From positions 861 to 64,860 of the forward strand of contig CAZOWX010000005.1 of NCBI GenBank assembly GCA_964583795.1: a stretch of 64,000 nt of DNA, given 5' to 3'. The DNA is from an uncultured Pseudomonadales bacterium. Its GTDB lineage: Bacteria > Patescibacteriota > Microgenomatia > UBA1400 > PJMF01. This document shows, one piece after another, positions 17,994 through 27,006 of this stretch. The position numbers were made by a program, and so were the translations under genes. The first letter of the stretch is position 1, and each line of letters begins with the position of its first letter. The notes beneath the pieces were generated by a model. The model made no database searches, had not been told where the DNA came from, and worked only from the letters and a program-made list of their open reading frames with translations.

Positions 17994-19385
17994 TTAGCTT
18001 TTTGATAGTAGGTGAGCGACTTCTTTTGCCCCATCGTCAACAAGCTGTTCTGCTAACCCCAAATAATTCAGCGGGTTAATTCCCAACAGTTGCTTTTTTA
18101 CAGTTTGCGAAACAGGTAGTGAATGGACAAAACCAATGATATTTTTCTGATCCATCGTTTTACCCCGAGCAAATGTCTTTAACCGCTCGTATGCTGCCGC
18201 ATCACCGGTTTTGCGTACTATCGTTTGTAATGCTTCGGTAATCACTTCCCAGTGCCCGAGCAATTCAGTATGTAATCGTGACGTATTTGGAGTTACTCGT
18301 GCAAAGCCGTTTATGCATGACTGATAACCCAAAACACTATGCGCTACGGCCACTCCAAAATTCCGTTTGACCGTACTGTCGGACAAATCACGTTGCAACC
18401 GCGAAATTGGAAGCTTTGCAATAAAATGATGGATGAGTGCATTCGCGATACCCAAATTACCCTCACTATTTTCGAAATGAATTGGATTGACTTTCTGCGG
18501 CATGGTCGAAGACCCGACTTCGTTTGGTTTCACAACTTGCACAAAATACTCGTCGCTAATATAGCGCCACATATCTTGATCAAGACCGATAACAATAGTG
18601 TTCACCAGTTCCAAACTTTGAAAAAACTGCACATAACTATCAGCCGGGACTATTTGAGTCGTCCAGTTATTGGGCTTCAACCCCAAGGATTCTATAAAAG
18701 TTTTCGAGAGCCTTAACCAATTGAGTTTCGGAAAAGCTAGTTGAACAGCAGAAAAATTTCCGACGGCTCCACTGAGCTTGGCTTCAATCTGTAGTGATCG
18801 CATCGTATGCAGCTCTTTTGCTATTCTGATCGCAAAGTTCATCACCTCTTTACCGACGGTTGTTGGGATCGCTGGTTGACCATGTGTGCGAGCAAGCATC
18901 GGCACAGATCGATACTGCTTAGCGAGTGTCGATAACCTATCAATCAAACTCTCGAGCGTTGGGATAATCACTTCGTGAGATGCTCTTTGCAATAGTAGGC
19001 CTTGCGCTAATGAGTTGGTATCTTCACTGGTTAAACCAAAATGAATGTACGCACTATACTCTAGTTTCTGCGCATGCAATTTTTCTCGAATAAAGTACTC
19101 TACTGCTTTGACGTCGTGTTTCGTTTCTCGTTCGATTTCTTTTACTCTCTTCGCATCTGAATCATTAAACTGCAAAAAAATTGAATCCAGTTTTTTTTGT
19201 GACGAAACAGACAATTTTTCTTTCAAAACGTTTGTAATAAAAAAATCTAAGTATCGCACTTCCACTTCAACCCGTGTTCTGATCAGTGCATATTCAGAAA
19301 AAAATTGCGAGAGTTTCTCAGTGTCGTCATGATAGCGACCATCAATTGGGGAAATTGCAGACAGCGAAGATACAGAATCGTCCAT
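17994..19385 (-). CDS. purB: Adenylosuccinate lyase (fumarate-lyase superfamily).
   Basis: Fumarate-lyase signature GSSTMPQKVNPIHFENSEGN. FGLTSEDTN near the N-terminus. 463 aa, the long PurB form. Confidence 0.85.
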   Translation of the reverse strand: MDDSVSSLSAISPIDGRYHDDTEKLSQFFSEYALIRTRVEVEVRYLDFFITNVLKEKLSVSSQKKLDSIFLQFNDSDAKRVKEIERETKHDVKAVEYFIREKLHAQKLEYSAYIHFGLTSEDTNSLAQGLLLQRASHEVIIPTLESLIDRLSTLAKQYRSVPMLARTHGQPAIPTTVGKEVMNFAIRIAKELHTMRSLQIEAKLSGAVGNFSAVQLAFPKLNWLRLSKTFIESLGLKPNNWTTQIVPADSYVQFFQSLELVNTIVIGLDQDMWRYISDEYFVQVVKPNEVGSSTMPQKVNPIHFENSEGNLGIANALIHHFIAKLPISRLQRDLSDSTVKRNFGVAVAHSVLGYQSCINGFARVTPNTSRLHTELLGHWEVITEALQTIVRKTGDAAAYERLKTFARGKTMDQKNIIGFVHSLPVSQTVKKQLLGINPLNYLGLAEQLVDDGAKEVAHLLSKS

Positions 19386-19503
19386 CTTTGTCAGTTATAT
19401 CACAAAAATGGACAGCCGCGTACGTGTGTTGAAATGAAAACAGATTTTTACTTTTCGCTACAAAAAAATAAAGAAGTCAAAAAAAACAACTCTATTTTTC
19501 TGT

Positions 19504-19818
19504 TCACTTTGGTTGCCATTGCGACAGAACCAAATTCACTTTATCACCCGAAAACTTAACTCCCTCTGCCAACAACATTTCCCGTTTGGTAAACATTCCA
19601 GCCGCCGCACTATACCCAGTCAAATGTCCGTTTGAAGCAACCACTCGATGGCAAGGAGTTTGGGGAATATCGGGGTTGGTGCGCATACATGCCCCCACAG
19701 CTCGAGCCGCCTTTGGTCGACCGGCTAAAGCGGCTATTTGCCCATACGTCGCCACCTTTCCTGTCGGAATTTGGCGGGTGATTTCGTAAACTTTTTGACA
19801 AAATGTGGAGTTTCCCAT
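19504..19818 (-). CDS. ogt: Methylated-DNA--protein-cysteine S-methyltransferase, short single-domain form.
   Basis: Active-site motif PCHRVV and the DNA-binding HTH KVATYGQIAALAGRPKAARAVG. 104 aa. Confidence 0.8.
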   Translation of the reverse strand: MGNSTFCQKVYEITRQIPTGKVATYGQIAALAGRPKAARAVGACMRTNPDIPQTPCHRVVASNGHLTGYSAAAGMFTKREMLLAEGVKFSGDKVNLVLSQWQPK

Positions 19819-20180
19819 ACTCGTTGATTCTACCCCACACTTCGTCTTTTTTCACTTTTCGACCAAAGGAAGTCACTACTTTTCCGAGAATTTTTGATGG
19901 GAAATTAGTTATTGAGTACAAAATTTACTCAATTTTTCGTCTTAATTGTGGTCAAAAAACCTCAAGGGTCTTTCAAAATGACTACTCCAAAACCAGATTA
20001 TCTCGTATATTCAAATCTTGTTTCTTTTGCTAGAATACTCTTCGTCCCTTGAAACACAGTTCAGGGACTTAACAAGTAAAGATCCCCGACCCCACTTCGC
20101 TTAAGCTACGAGGGGCGAGCACCTAAAAAGGTTCGCCTTCGATCCAGTTTTTCGATAAATTGGGCGTTAGGGAAAATCGA

Positions 20181-20252
20181 TCCCCGATAGCTCAACGGCA
20201 GAGCAGGAAGCTGTTAACTTCAAGGTTGTAGGTTCGAATCCTACTCGGGGAG
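20181..20252 (+). tRNA. tRNA-Asn (anticodon GTT).
   Basis: Manual fold. Acceptor stem tccccga/tcgggga, perfect 7 bp. D-arm gctc-aacggca-gagc. Anticodon loop cTGTTAa. T-arm gtagg-TTCGAAT-cctac. Discriminator G. CCA not encoded. Confidence 0.8.
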
Positions 20253-20328
20253 CAAAATCCGCTCGAACTTCTTTTTCCTCAATAAATCTTTTAAAATAAG
20301 GTTCGAACTTAACCTACCCCGACGTGGA

Positions 20329-21168
20329 ATGCTCGAACCTCTGATATACTTTGAGTATATGGATGAAATTATTCAACCTAATCCGACAGAAGAAATACAA
20401 TCCCCACTTGTAAAAAAAAGAAAAGAAGTTGTTTTCACAGCCAATGACGACGCTTATAGTTTCTGTGATTCTGTGCAAGTAAGTGGTCTACCGATGGAAT
20501 TTAAATTATGGGTTGTTTCTCTTCTTAAGAAGTGGAAATTGTTAAATGCAGATGTATCGGATCTTTCAGATGAGTCGTATCATTCAGTACTCCTTCAAGC
20601 AAAGGAGAAACTGACAAATGAAACTGTTGCTCTAGATTCACTTGCTGATTATTCTGATACTTACGAGTGCCAATACTCTAATGAGGAAAAACAATCACAT
20701 TCTGATTTTTTAGCTTTAGAAAAAGCAATTAATGAAGTAGTTATTTTTAAGAGCTATTTTGAAAGTACAACTTTTACTGTGGTTATTATTAGAAAAGATG
20801 GTAAGCGTCAGGTATTTAAAACTATACAACCTAAAAGACCTTTTGAATCGATACAAAACGATTTAGAAAAAAAACCACAAATATTTCCTGATTTTCAAAT
20901 TGTTAAATTAGAAAATGAAAAACTGGCAATATTAGTAGATTGGATTGAAGGTCACAATCCACAAAACGATGAAGAACGTCAAAAATGTTTACAAGCTGCA
21001 GAAGAACTCAAAAGTTTACAAAATGAACAAGGGACTGGAGATTGGAAAAGTAATTTAGATCTAAATGATTCCAACTTCAAAATTACGTCTGAAGGCCAAG
21101 TTTATTATATTGATCAGCATCTTATTTTAGGTTTTATCAATTACGGTTTTAAAGAAAGCAGTTCCTGA
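20329..21168 (+). CDS. Hypothetical acidic, AT-rich protein (279 aa; start may be at MDEIIQ, ~20359). First gene of the tRNA-Asn-adjacent islet.
   Basis: K/E/N/D-rich and markedly more AT-rich than its surroundings. No recognisable motif. Its C-terminal codons KESSS* form part of repeat copy A. Confidence 0.45.
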   Translation: MLEPLIYFEYMDEIIQPNPTEEIQSPLVKKRKEVVFTANDDAYSFCDSVQVSGLPMEFKLWVVSLLKKWKLLNADVSDLSDESYHSVLLQAKEKLTNETVALDSLADYSDTYECQYSNEEKQSHSDFLALEKAINEVVIFKSYFESTTFTVVIIRKDGKRQVFKTIQPKRPFESIQNDLEKKPQIFPDFQIVKLENEKLAILVDWIEGHNPQNDEERQKCLQAAEELKSLQNEQGTGDWKSNLDLNDSNFKITSEGQVYYIDQHLILGFINYGFKESSS

Positions 21169-21200
21169 TTTGTTCCACGACGGGGAGCTGACACAACATC
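21155..21200. repeat. Copy A of a ~45-bp imperfect direct repeat, core AAAGCAGTTCCTGATTTG.
   Basis: aaagcagttcctgatttgttccacgacggggagctgac. Copy B (22934) matches it 18/18 in the core and about 11/16 in the next block. Confidence 0.6.
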
Positions 21201-21357
21201 ACACCTATTGATCAATCTTTTTTCACAATACGATTCTCTAACTTACTGCCTTAAGCAGAAGAGCGCAGACCTTCCTCGTATTGGATACCTCGAGAAGAAA
21301 GCTTGTCAGGCCATTATATCGAGGGAAAATACAGTGTTTAGTTTGTTGACATACCAC

Positions 21358-21386
21358 TTGCAAATGTCCACAAAATAAGCTAATAT
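21358..21386 (+). promoter_or_regulatory. Candidate sigma70-like promoter for fic: TTGCAA, 17-bp spacer, TAATAT. The ATG is 12 nt downstream, so the leader is minimal.
   Basis: Direct reading of 21358-21398. Confidence 0.3.
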
Positions 21387-21398
21387 GTTGACATTACT

Positions 21399-22583
21399 AT
21401 GAGTGATGTCAACAAACCTCAAATCGGTCGCTATATCAAACAAATGGAGGGTTTTCGGGCCTTTACGCCCTTTGCCTTTCCACCCAAAGAGCTCGTGTCT
21501 GTCTCGCCAGCTCTTTATAAGAAGCATGAGGAAGCAGTTCGCCTAATAGGGAAATTGGATGGAATTACTCGTTTACTGCCAGATAAAGACTTCTTTTTGC
21601 TCATGTTCGTCAAAAAGGATGCTACCTACTCAAGTCAAATTGAAGGTACTCAAGCGACTCTGCAAGATGCCATAGCAGCTCCTGTTACTGAAGAACAATC
21701 AAAACTTCCTCCTGATGTGGATGACATTATTCACTATATTGACGCTGTTAATTACGGTACAAACGAGTTAGCAAAGAAATTACCCCTATCCTGGCGATAT
21801 ATTTGCGAGATGCATGCTCGATTAATGAAGGGGGCAAGAGCTACTCAACATGCTTATCCTGGAGAGTTTAGAAAAAGCCAGAACTGGATTGGTGGTAAGA
21901 CTCCTGGTGATGCAACTTTTGTACCTCCAGCAGTTCCTGATATGAAGAATGCCTTAGACGATCTAGAGAAGTTTATTCACGCCCAAGATGATTTTCCTAG
22001 TCTAATCAAGGCAGGGCTTATACATGCCCAATTTGAGACGATTCATCCATTTGTTGATGGTAATGGTAGAACCGGCCGCATGCTCATTACTTTGTTTTTG
22101 CATGCAGCAGGTTTATTGGAGTTACCAGTCTTATATCTCTCGAGCTATTTCAAAAAGCATCAAAAAGTGTATTACCAGCGATTGAATGACTATCATGACG
22201 AGAATGCCAATGTAGACGCTTGGCTACAATTTTTCTTGGAAGGAATAACTGAAATGGCAACTTCTTCGATTGAAACCTGTGCCAGGATCACTGATCTGAG
22301 TGATCATGATTTTGCTAAAGTACAGCAACTTGGCTCTCGGTCAGCAGCTATTACTCTTGAGATTATTCGACACTTGTTTAGTCAACCAATCGTGGGTGTA
22401 GCCGAAATTATAAAGTGGACTGGCTATTCACGCCAGGGTTCTTACAACACCATTGAACGACTGATTGACTTAAAGATTCTTGAGCCGTTTGGTGACACTT
22501 CCTATGGCCAGAAATATATCTATGCAGATTACTACGCATTATTTGATGAGGAGTTTGCGAAGAAAAGGGTAACGAAGTCATAA
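21399..22583 (+). CDS. fic: Fic/Doc-family AMPylase, class II (autoinhibitory helix and active site in the same chain).
   Basis: Canonical active site HPFVDGNGRTGRML. Inhibitory motif [ST]xxxE[GN] = SSQIEG in the N-terminal region. C-terminal wHTH-like tail. 394 aa. Confidence 0.85.
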   Translation: MSDVNKPQIGRYIKQMEGFRAFTPFAFPPKELVSVSPALYKKHEEAVRLIGKLDGITRLLPDKDFFLLMFVKKDATYSSQIEGTQATLQDAIAAPVTEEQSKLPPDVDDIIHYIDAVNYGTNELAKKLPLSWRYICEMHARLMKGARATQHAYPGEFRKSQNWIGGKTPGDATFVPPAVPDMKNALDDLEKFIHAQDDFPSLIKAGLIHAQFETIHPFVDGNGRTGRMLITLFLHAAGLLELPVLYLSSYFKKHQKVYYQRLNDYHDENANVDAWLQFFLEGITEMATSSIETCARITDLSDHDFAKVQQLGSRSAAITLEIIRHLFSQPIVGVAEIIKWTGYSRQGSYNTIERLIDLKILEPFGDTSYGQKYIYADYYALFDEEFAKKRVTKS

Positions 22584-22933
22584 GGCATATGAAAATTAAA
22601 TCACTACAGATATCAAATGGATAGACTTTTTAAACACTATGAAGATAGTAACAATGCACCAAAGATCTTCTTTGATAAAAACTTAGCGGCTTTCTGTTCA
22701 CGAGTTAAGATGTCGGCCATAACAGTGTTTGAAGATATCTTTTTTTGTCTGGATCTAAATGAAGTTTATCCCAGTACTTCTTCAAAGCGGAAGCAGAAAT
22801 TTTTGTGTCATTAAGCCCAAAATTAATGGCTTGCTCAAGTTGAAATATAGTCCACTCTTGAGTATTTTTCTTTAGCCTAATGGTATCTGTAGACCAATTG
22901 TACATTGTCGTATTTTATCATTTTTCAAAGCAA

Positions 22934-22980
22934 AAAGCAGTTCCTGATTTGCTCAACAACAAGGAGCATAACACTTCAAT
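22934..22980. repeat. Copy B of the AAAGCAGTTCCTGATTTG repeat.
   Basis: aaagcagttcctgatttgctcaacaacaaggagcataac. Confidence 0.6.
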
Positions 22981-23141
22981 AGCTTTGGTATCTTCAAAAG
23001 ACAAAGTTGTCTACTGACCCAATGATTTTCACAAAAATATTTGAGTGATATGTTCTACATCTGGAGAAAAAATTCCCTCTTGGTTTTTATGCAGCGAATA
23101 ATTTGATACAATAAGGGACAGTAACTACAATTTTCACCACT

Positions 23142-23936
23142 ATGACAGAAAATGTCGGTAAACACGTTCAAGAAGATTCAACAGCAGCAAAGCAGTCACC
23201 CGACGGAGCGACTGACTTTACTGACAAACAGTCTTTTGTTTCTTTTTTCCAACACGGATCAAATTCAACACTCCTTGTAGTAGCGGGACTCTTAATCCTC
23301 AGTGTTTTAGGCATTGGGTTTCTACTATCTCAACAAAACCAATATGACCAAGTTCCTGTTGGACCATTAAAACTTACTGTAACAACTACAGAACCCCAAC
23401 CCACAACAATTCAAAGCACAGCAACACCGACCATCGATACCAGTACTCCAACAGCATCCCCCACCGCATCAGTACAACCAGTGAAACCACTTGCCACCAA
23501 GAAACCAGCAAAACCAACTCCTACACCAATCACTGGAGTAGACCTGCGGTTTGTTGATGTGTTCTTTTATCCTGTGCCAGAACCCAATAAAGCTTTTACA
23601 CCGTGGAGAGTTGCAAATGGCGGTAGCATTACCGTTTCAAACGAGAGAAATGTTGGTGAGTTTAAGTTAAATGCCGTGCTCGTGAATTATGGGACTGAAG
23701 AATCGAAAAATATTTGGGTACACTACTTTATCGATGGTTCTCAAGTGCAAAAAGGTATCGCTTACTTACCTGGTAATATGGTGGCTGATGAGCTCGTTAC
23801 ACGCGATTCAGCACAACCGGTAAAGCTGCCCAACACCGGCACACACACAATCAAGATTGTTATTGATCCTGACAATCAGTCCAGCGATGTGAATACCGCC
23901 AATAACACATACACGTTCACATACTCGGTGAAGTAA
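23142..23936 (+). CDS. Membrane-anchored secreted protein (264 aa) with a Thr/Pro linker and a C-terminal beta domain.
   Basis: TM LLVVAGLLILSVLGIGFLLS. Linker TTTEPQPTTIQSTATPTIDTSTPTASPTAS. The C-terminal domain ends ANNTYTFTYSVK (CARDB-like ending; inference). Confidence 0.5.
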   Translation: MTENVGKHVQEDSTAAKQSPDGATDFTDKQSFVSFFQHGSNSTLLVVAGLLILSVLGIGFLLSQQNQYDQVPVGPLKLTVTTTEPQPTTIQSTATPTIDTSTPTASPTASVQPVKPLATKKPAKPTPTPITGVDLRFVDVFFYPVPEPNKAFTPWRVANGGSITVSNERNVGEFKLNAVLVNYGTEESKNIWVHYFIDGSQVQKGIAYLPGNMVADELVTRDSAQPVKLPNTGTHTIKIVIDPDNQSSDVNTANNTYTFTYSVK

Positions 23937-23981
23937 TTCAAACAAGGATTGAAAAAATTGTATTATAAGGAGACAAACAAC

Positions 23982-24362
23982 ATGTCAAAATACGTTGATG
24001 GATTCGTTCTCATCGTCCCCAAAGACAAGATTGAGGATTACAAAAAAATGGCGGAAGGTGGTCGAGATGCGTGGATGAAACACGGCGCATTAGAGTACTA
24101 TGAGTGTCGAAGTGATGATCTATCTCCTCAGGAAATGGGAGATGAAAAAACACGTCGGTTTGATGACATGGCTGGAGCAAGCAGTGATGAAACAGTTTGG
24201 TTCTCTTTTATAGTGTTTAAATCAAAAGAGCACCGTGACGAAGTAAATAAAAAAGTGATCGCTGAGATGAGTGAACAGATGAAAGAACTCACCGATATGC
24301 AAATGCCTGTGGATATGAAAAGAATGGCCTATGGAGGTTTTCAAGTTGAAGTCGAAGGGTAA
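23982..24362 (+). CDS. DUF1428-like small protein (~126 aa).
   Basis: N-terminus MSKYVDGFVLIVPKDKIEDYKKMAEGG...AYGGFQVEV resembles the YbaA/DUF1428 family (from memory). AAGGAG lies 8 nt before this ATG; the longer ORF from 23949 lacks an SD. Confidence 0.45.
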   Translation: MSKYVDGFVLIVPKDKIEDYKKMAEGGRDAWMKHGALEYYECRSDDLSPQEMGDEKTRRFDDMAGASSDETVWFSFIVFKSKEHRDEVNKKVIAEMSEQMKELTDMQMPVDMKRMAYGGFQVEVEG

Positions 24363-24405
24363 ATCAGAACTCAAATCGTGGAAATGGAGCAATCTGTTTT
24401 TCGAT

Positions 24406-24426
24406 AAAGCAGTTCTTGGTTTCTAT
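24406..24426. repeat. Copy C (degenerate) of the AAAGCAGTTCYTGRTTT repeat.
   Basis: aaagcagttcttggtttctat, ~17/21 to copy A. Lies 44 bp after the stop of the DUF1428 gene. Confidence 0.4.
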
Positions 24427-24556
24427 ATTAGGAGTAAAATTAAGCTCGATTTTTTTCTCAATACATTTTTCAAAATATGGTTCGTGCCTGCCCTTGCTGG
24501 ATTATAGAATACCGACTAACTGGCAAGCAGACACAAACCTCAGTTAGGATCATTAC

Positions 24557-25417
24557 ATGAATTGGATTATTGCCAGTGTACTCATGTTTGTGAGTTCAGT
24601 CGCTTTGTATCTCTGCGTACGCAAGAGCAATACCCTAAAAACACCTCGGCAGCTGAGTAACCTGGCAATGTTTCTTATCCCAGTGCTTGTGTATCTGGGA
24701 GTAATAGTTAAAACCCCAACGAGTTTCGCACTTAAGCCATTTGAGTACTTTCTCATTGTGGTTCAAGGTATATTCTTTAGTTATCTTGGAAATGTATTTT
24801 CTTTAAAAGGAATCGAATATGCTCCAAACCCTGGATACAGCCTGATTATTTCAAAAAGTTATGTCGTTTTTACGGCTATTGCTTCAGTATTTCTCTTTTC
24901 TGCTCCACTTACGTTGAAGTCAGTGGTCGCGATGGCATGCATCGTTGTATTCTCAGCTTTCATCACAATCAACAAAGACAAAAGCAGAACTTCTTCGAAT
25001 ACGTTGTGGATTCCTTATACCATGGGTGCATTTTTTTGCTGGGGTTTGTTGGCCTTAAGTTCGAAATATTTACTCAATATGGGTGTTCCAATTCTGACTC
25101 GGCTCATCTTATCGATGTTAGTCGTCACCGTCCTAACATTTGGGGAAATACTATTAAAGAAAATAAATGTTTTTCGAATCAATAAACTTCAGATAGTAAC
25201 ACTACTGTCCATGGGAATGTTCGGTGCGAGCTATGCTTACTTCATGCAAGTTGGATTTCAGCTAGCTCCAAATGTTGGTTATGTGAATGCAACAAATGCG
25301 GCTTCAATTTCTTTACTCACCCTTATGTCTGCTTTCTTTTTTAAAGACGAACTAACAATCAAAAAAATGATTGGGATATTGGGTGTCACTGTCGGGTTGC
25401 TACTGCTATTCCTTTAG
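24557..25417 (+). CDS. DMT/EamA-superfamily membrane transporter (286 aa, about 10 TM).
   Basis: Ten evenly spaced hydrophobic segments with duplicated 5-TM topology. No catalytic motifs. Confidence 0.55.
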   Translation: MNWIIASVLMFVSSVALYLCVRKSNTLKTPRQLSNLAMFLIPVLVYLGVIVKTPTSFALKPFEYFLIVVQGIFFSYLGNVFSLKGIEYAPNPGYSLIISKSYVVFTAIASVFLFSAPLTLKSVVAMACIVVFSAFITINKDKSRTSSNTLWIPYTMGAFFCWGLLALSSKYLLNMGVPILTRLILSMLVVTVLTFGEILLKKINVFRINKLQIVTLLSMGMFGASYAYFMQVGFQLAPNVGYVNATNAASISLLTLMSAFFFKDELTIKKMIGILGVTVGLLLLFL

Positions 25418-25764
25418 CTCGATAACACAGAAAGATTGTGTATTTTCCGACAAAAACACTAATTTCCACTGTAATTTGTAGTCTCAAATTGAGAACAATG
25501 GACTCAAGTTCTTAAACTCTGCTATACTCAACGTATGAGAAAAAATAATAAACTGAAAAAAACTTTTCGCCTGCAACCAATCTCAAGAAAAAACCTTTTC
25601 AATTAATCATAATTCTTTCACTAATAGCTGTTATTGGAATACTTCTACTACTCATCGTACGGATTATTCAATATAAAAAGAGTCTCATACCTGTTGACAA
25701 CCCTATCCCAACTCAGAGCTCGACAATATTTACTCCTTCAAAAAAAATATGCGATGTCTATGGT

Positions 25765-26199
25765 GTGGTTGAAAATGATGTGATAAGCGAGCTACTCGAT
25801 ACGTATACCGTAAAATCAGGAGATACTCTCATCAGTATTGCCAACAATGTTTTACATAATCCTGACTCTGTCAGTGATCTCTATACATTAAATAAAAATC
25901 GATATCCAGGATTACAAGAGAGATCGTCAATTGAAACAGGTTGGAAATTACTGCTTCCAAATGAGGAATTAATGAAACGAAAATACTCGGTGATTTGGAA
26001 AGCATCTGGCAACATTTTTATTCTTGAGTCTGGCAAGTTTGTCATCAAGTCACAAACACGCTATGTGCTGGGAGCACATGAAGTGAGCGCACGGATGCAA
26101 AAAAGTCTTGGCAATATTCAAGATGGAGATTGTGTTGTTGTTTATCTTGGTCGTGGCAGCGGTTGGGATAGCGAAGTGTATCTTCTCAAGAGTCAATAA
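25765..26199 (+). CDS. LysM-domain protein. The called ORF starts at a GTG. The N-terminal signal-anchor is encoded upstream (from ATG 25521) in another frame, so there is an apparent +1 frameshift in an A-run.
   Basis: LysM motif YTVKSGDTLISIANNV...LYTLNKNRYPGLQ. Upstream ATG 25521 encodes MRKNNKLKKTFRLQPISRK. After the A-run at 25584-25594 the frame of the LysM ORF encodes a TM helix (LIIILSLIAVIGILLLLIVRIIQYKK) with no ATG of its own. Confidence 0.55.
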   Translation: MVENDVISELLDTYTVKSGDTLISIANNVLHNPDSVSDLYTLNKNRYPGLQERSSIETGWKLLLPNEELMKRKYSVIWKASGNIFILESGKFVIKSQTRYVLGAHEVSARMQKSLGNIQDGDCVVVYLGRGSGWDSEVYLLKSQ

Positions 26200-26381
26200 G
26201 TTGCAAAACAATTAATGAAATGAATAAGAAACACAAACCGTTTAAACATGTTTGGAAAAGTAGTTCAGATTCTATCAAATACTCCTTCACGTAGAAGCAC
26301 GTACAACAAAATTTCTCATGTATTGTTAAACGCAAACTAAAAGTCTCAATTCTCTTTTCTGCTCTTTGTTATAATCACTTC

Positions 26382-26915
26382 ATGGACGTCATCACTTTTT
26401 CTCAACAAACAAAGCAAGAGGCCGATAAACTCTTGCAGTATGGAAATGTGTTGGCAGTGCTATCACAGTTTGGCACTGTAGTACTATCCGGAAGTTATCA
26501 ATATAACCTGATGTATGATCCTGATATTGATTTGACAGTGTTGTCAAACAATCCAGAAGAAAGCTCGTATCAAGCTTTACTCGAATTTATCAAACAAAGA
26601 AAATTCCAAAAATACGAGTTTGGCGATTTCTCTACATTCCCGCATCAGAATCGCCCAAAAGAAATTATTCTCGTTTTAGTTCATGAATATAACGGTCGAA
26701 GGTGGGAAATTGAAATATGGTTTAAAAAACGTCTGTCCGAAATTGACATCAATTTTGAAAAATTAATCTCAAAGGTAACGAAAGCACAAAAAGCCAAAAT
26801 TCTGGAACTCAAACACCAACGGTCTACACAAAACATCTCGAAGCAAACATTGAGTAGTGCAAGAATCTATAAGCAAGTTCTCTTAGGAAAAGAAACTGAG
26901 TTGCCTGATTTATAG
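26382..26915 (+). CDS. Minimal nucleotidyltransferase-fold protein (177 aa), putative.
   Basis: hG[GS]x9-13Dh[DE]h-like motif: VVLSGSYQYNLMYDPDIDLTVL. Confidence 0.4.
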   Translation: MDVITFSQQTKQEADKLLQYGNVLAVLSQFGTVVLSGSYQYNLMYDPDIDLTVLSNNPEESSYQALLEFIKQRKFQKYEFGDFSTFPHQNRPKEIILVLVHEYNGRRWEIEIWFKKRLSEIDINFEKLISKVTKAQKAKILELKHQRSTQNISKQTLSSARIYKQVLLGKETELPDL

Positions 26916-27006
26916 ACACACCACTTCATCTCATTTTTTGTACCATTTCAAAAGAAAACTTTTTATCCTTCCCAAAACTTCCCTCTTGTTTTTTTCGTAA
27001 CCAAGA

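Noticed and set aside
20041-20180. Hairpin gtccct-t-gaa-acacag-ttc-agggac (20044-20068) and a GC-rich, partly self-complementary stretch (ccccgaccccacttcgcttaagctacgaggggcgagc...aagg-ttcg-cctt) just upstream of tRNA-Asn, which also repeats the tRNA 5' end (gatccccga).
   Set aside because: It does not match any small-RNA family I can recognise (not tmRNA, SRP, RNase P or 6S). The 9-bp match to the tRNA 5' end is within chance. Most likely it is tRNA promoter/leader structure.
21306-21527. 73-aa minus-strand ORF overlapping the fic promoter and start.
   Set aside because: It overlaps a confidently called gene start and promoter, and has no SD or -10 of its own.
22617-22905. Two small overlapping ORFs (65 aa on +, 66 aa on -) between fic and repeat copy B.
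   Set aside because: They overlap each other, have no motifs, and sit in AT-rich filler. Possibly a gene remnant of the islet; not callable.
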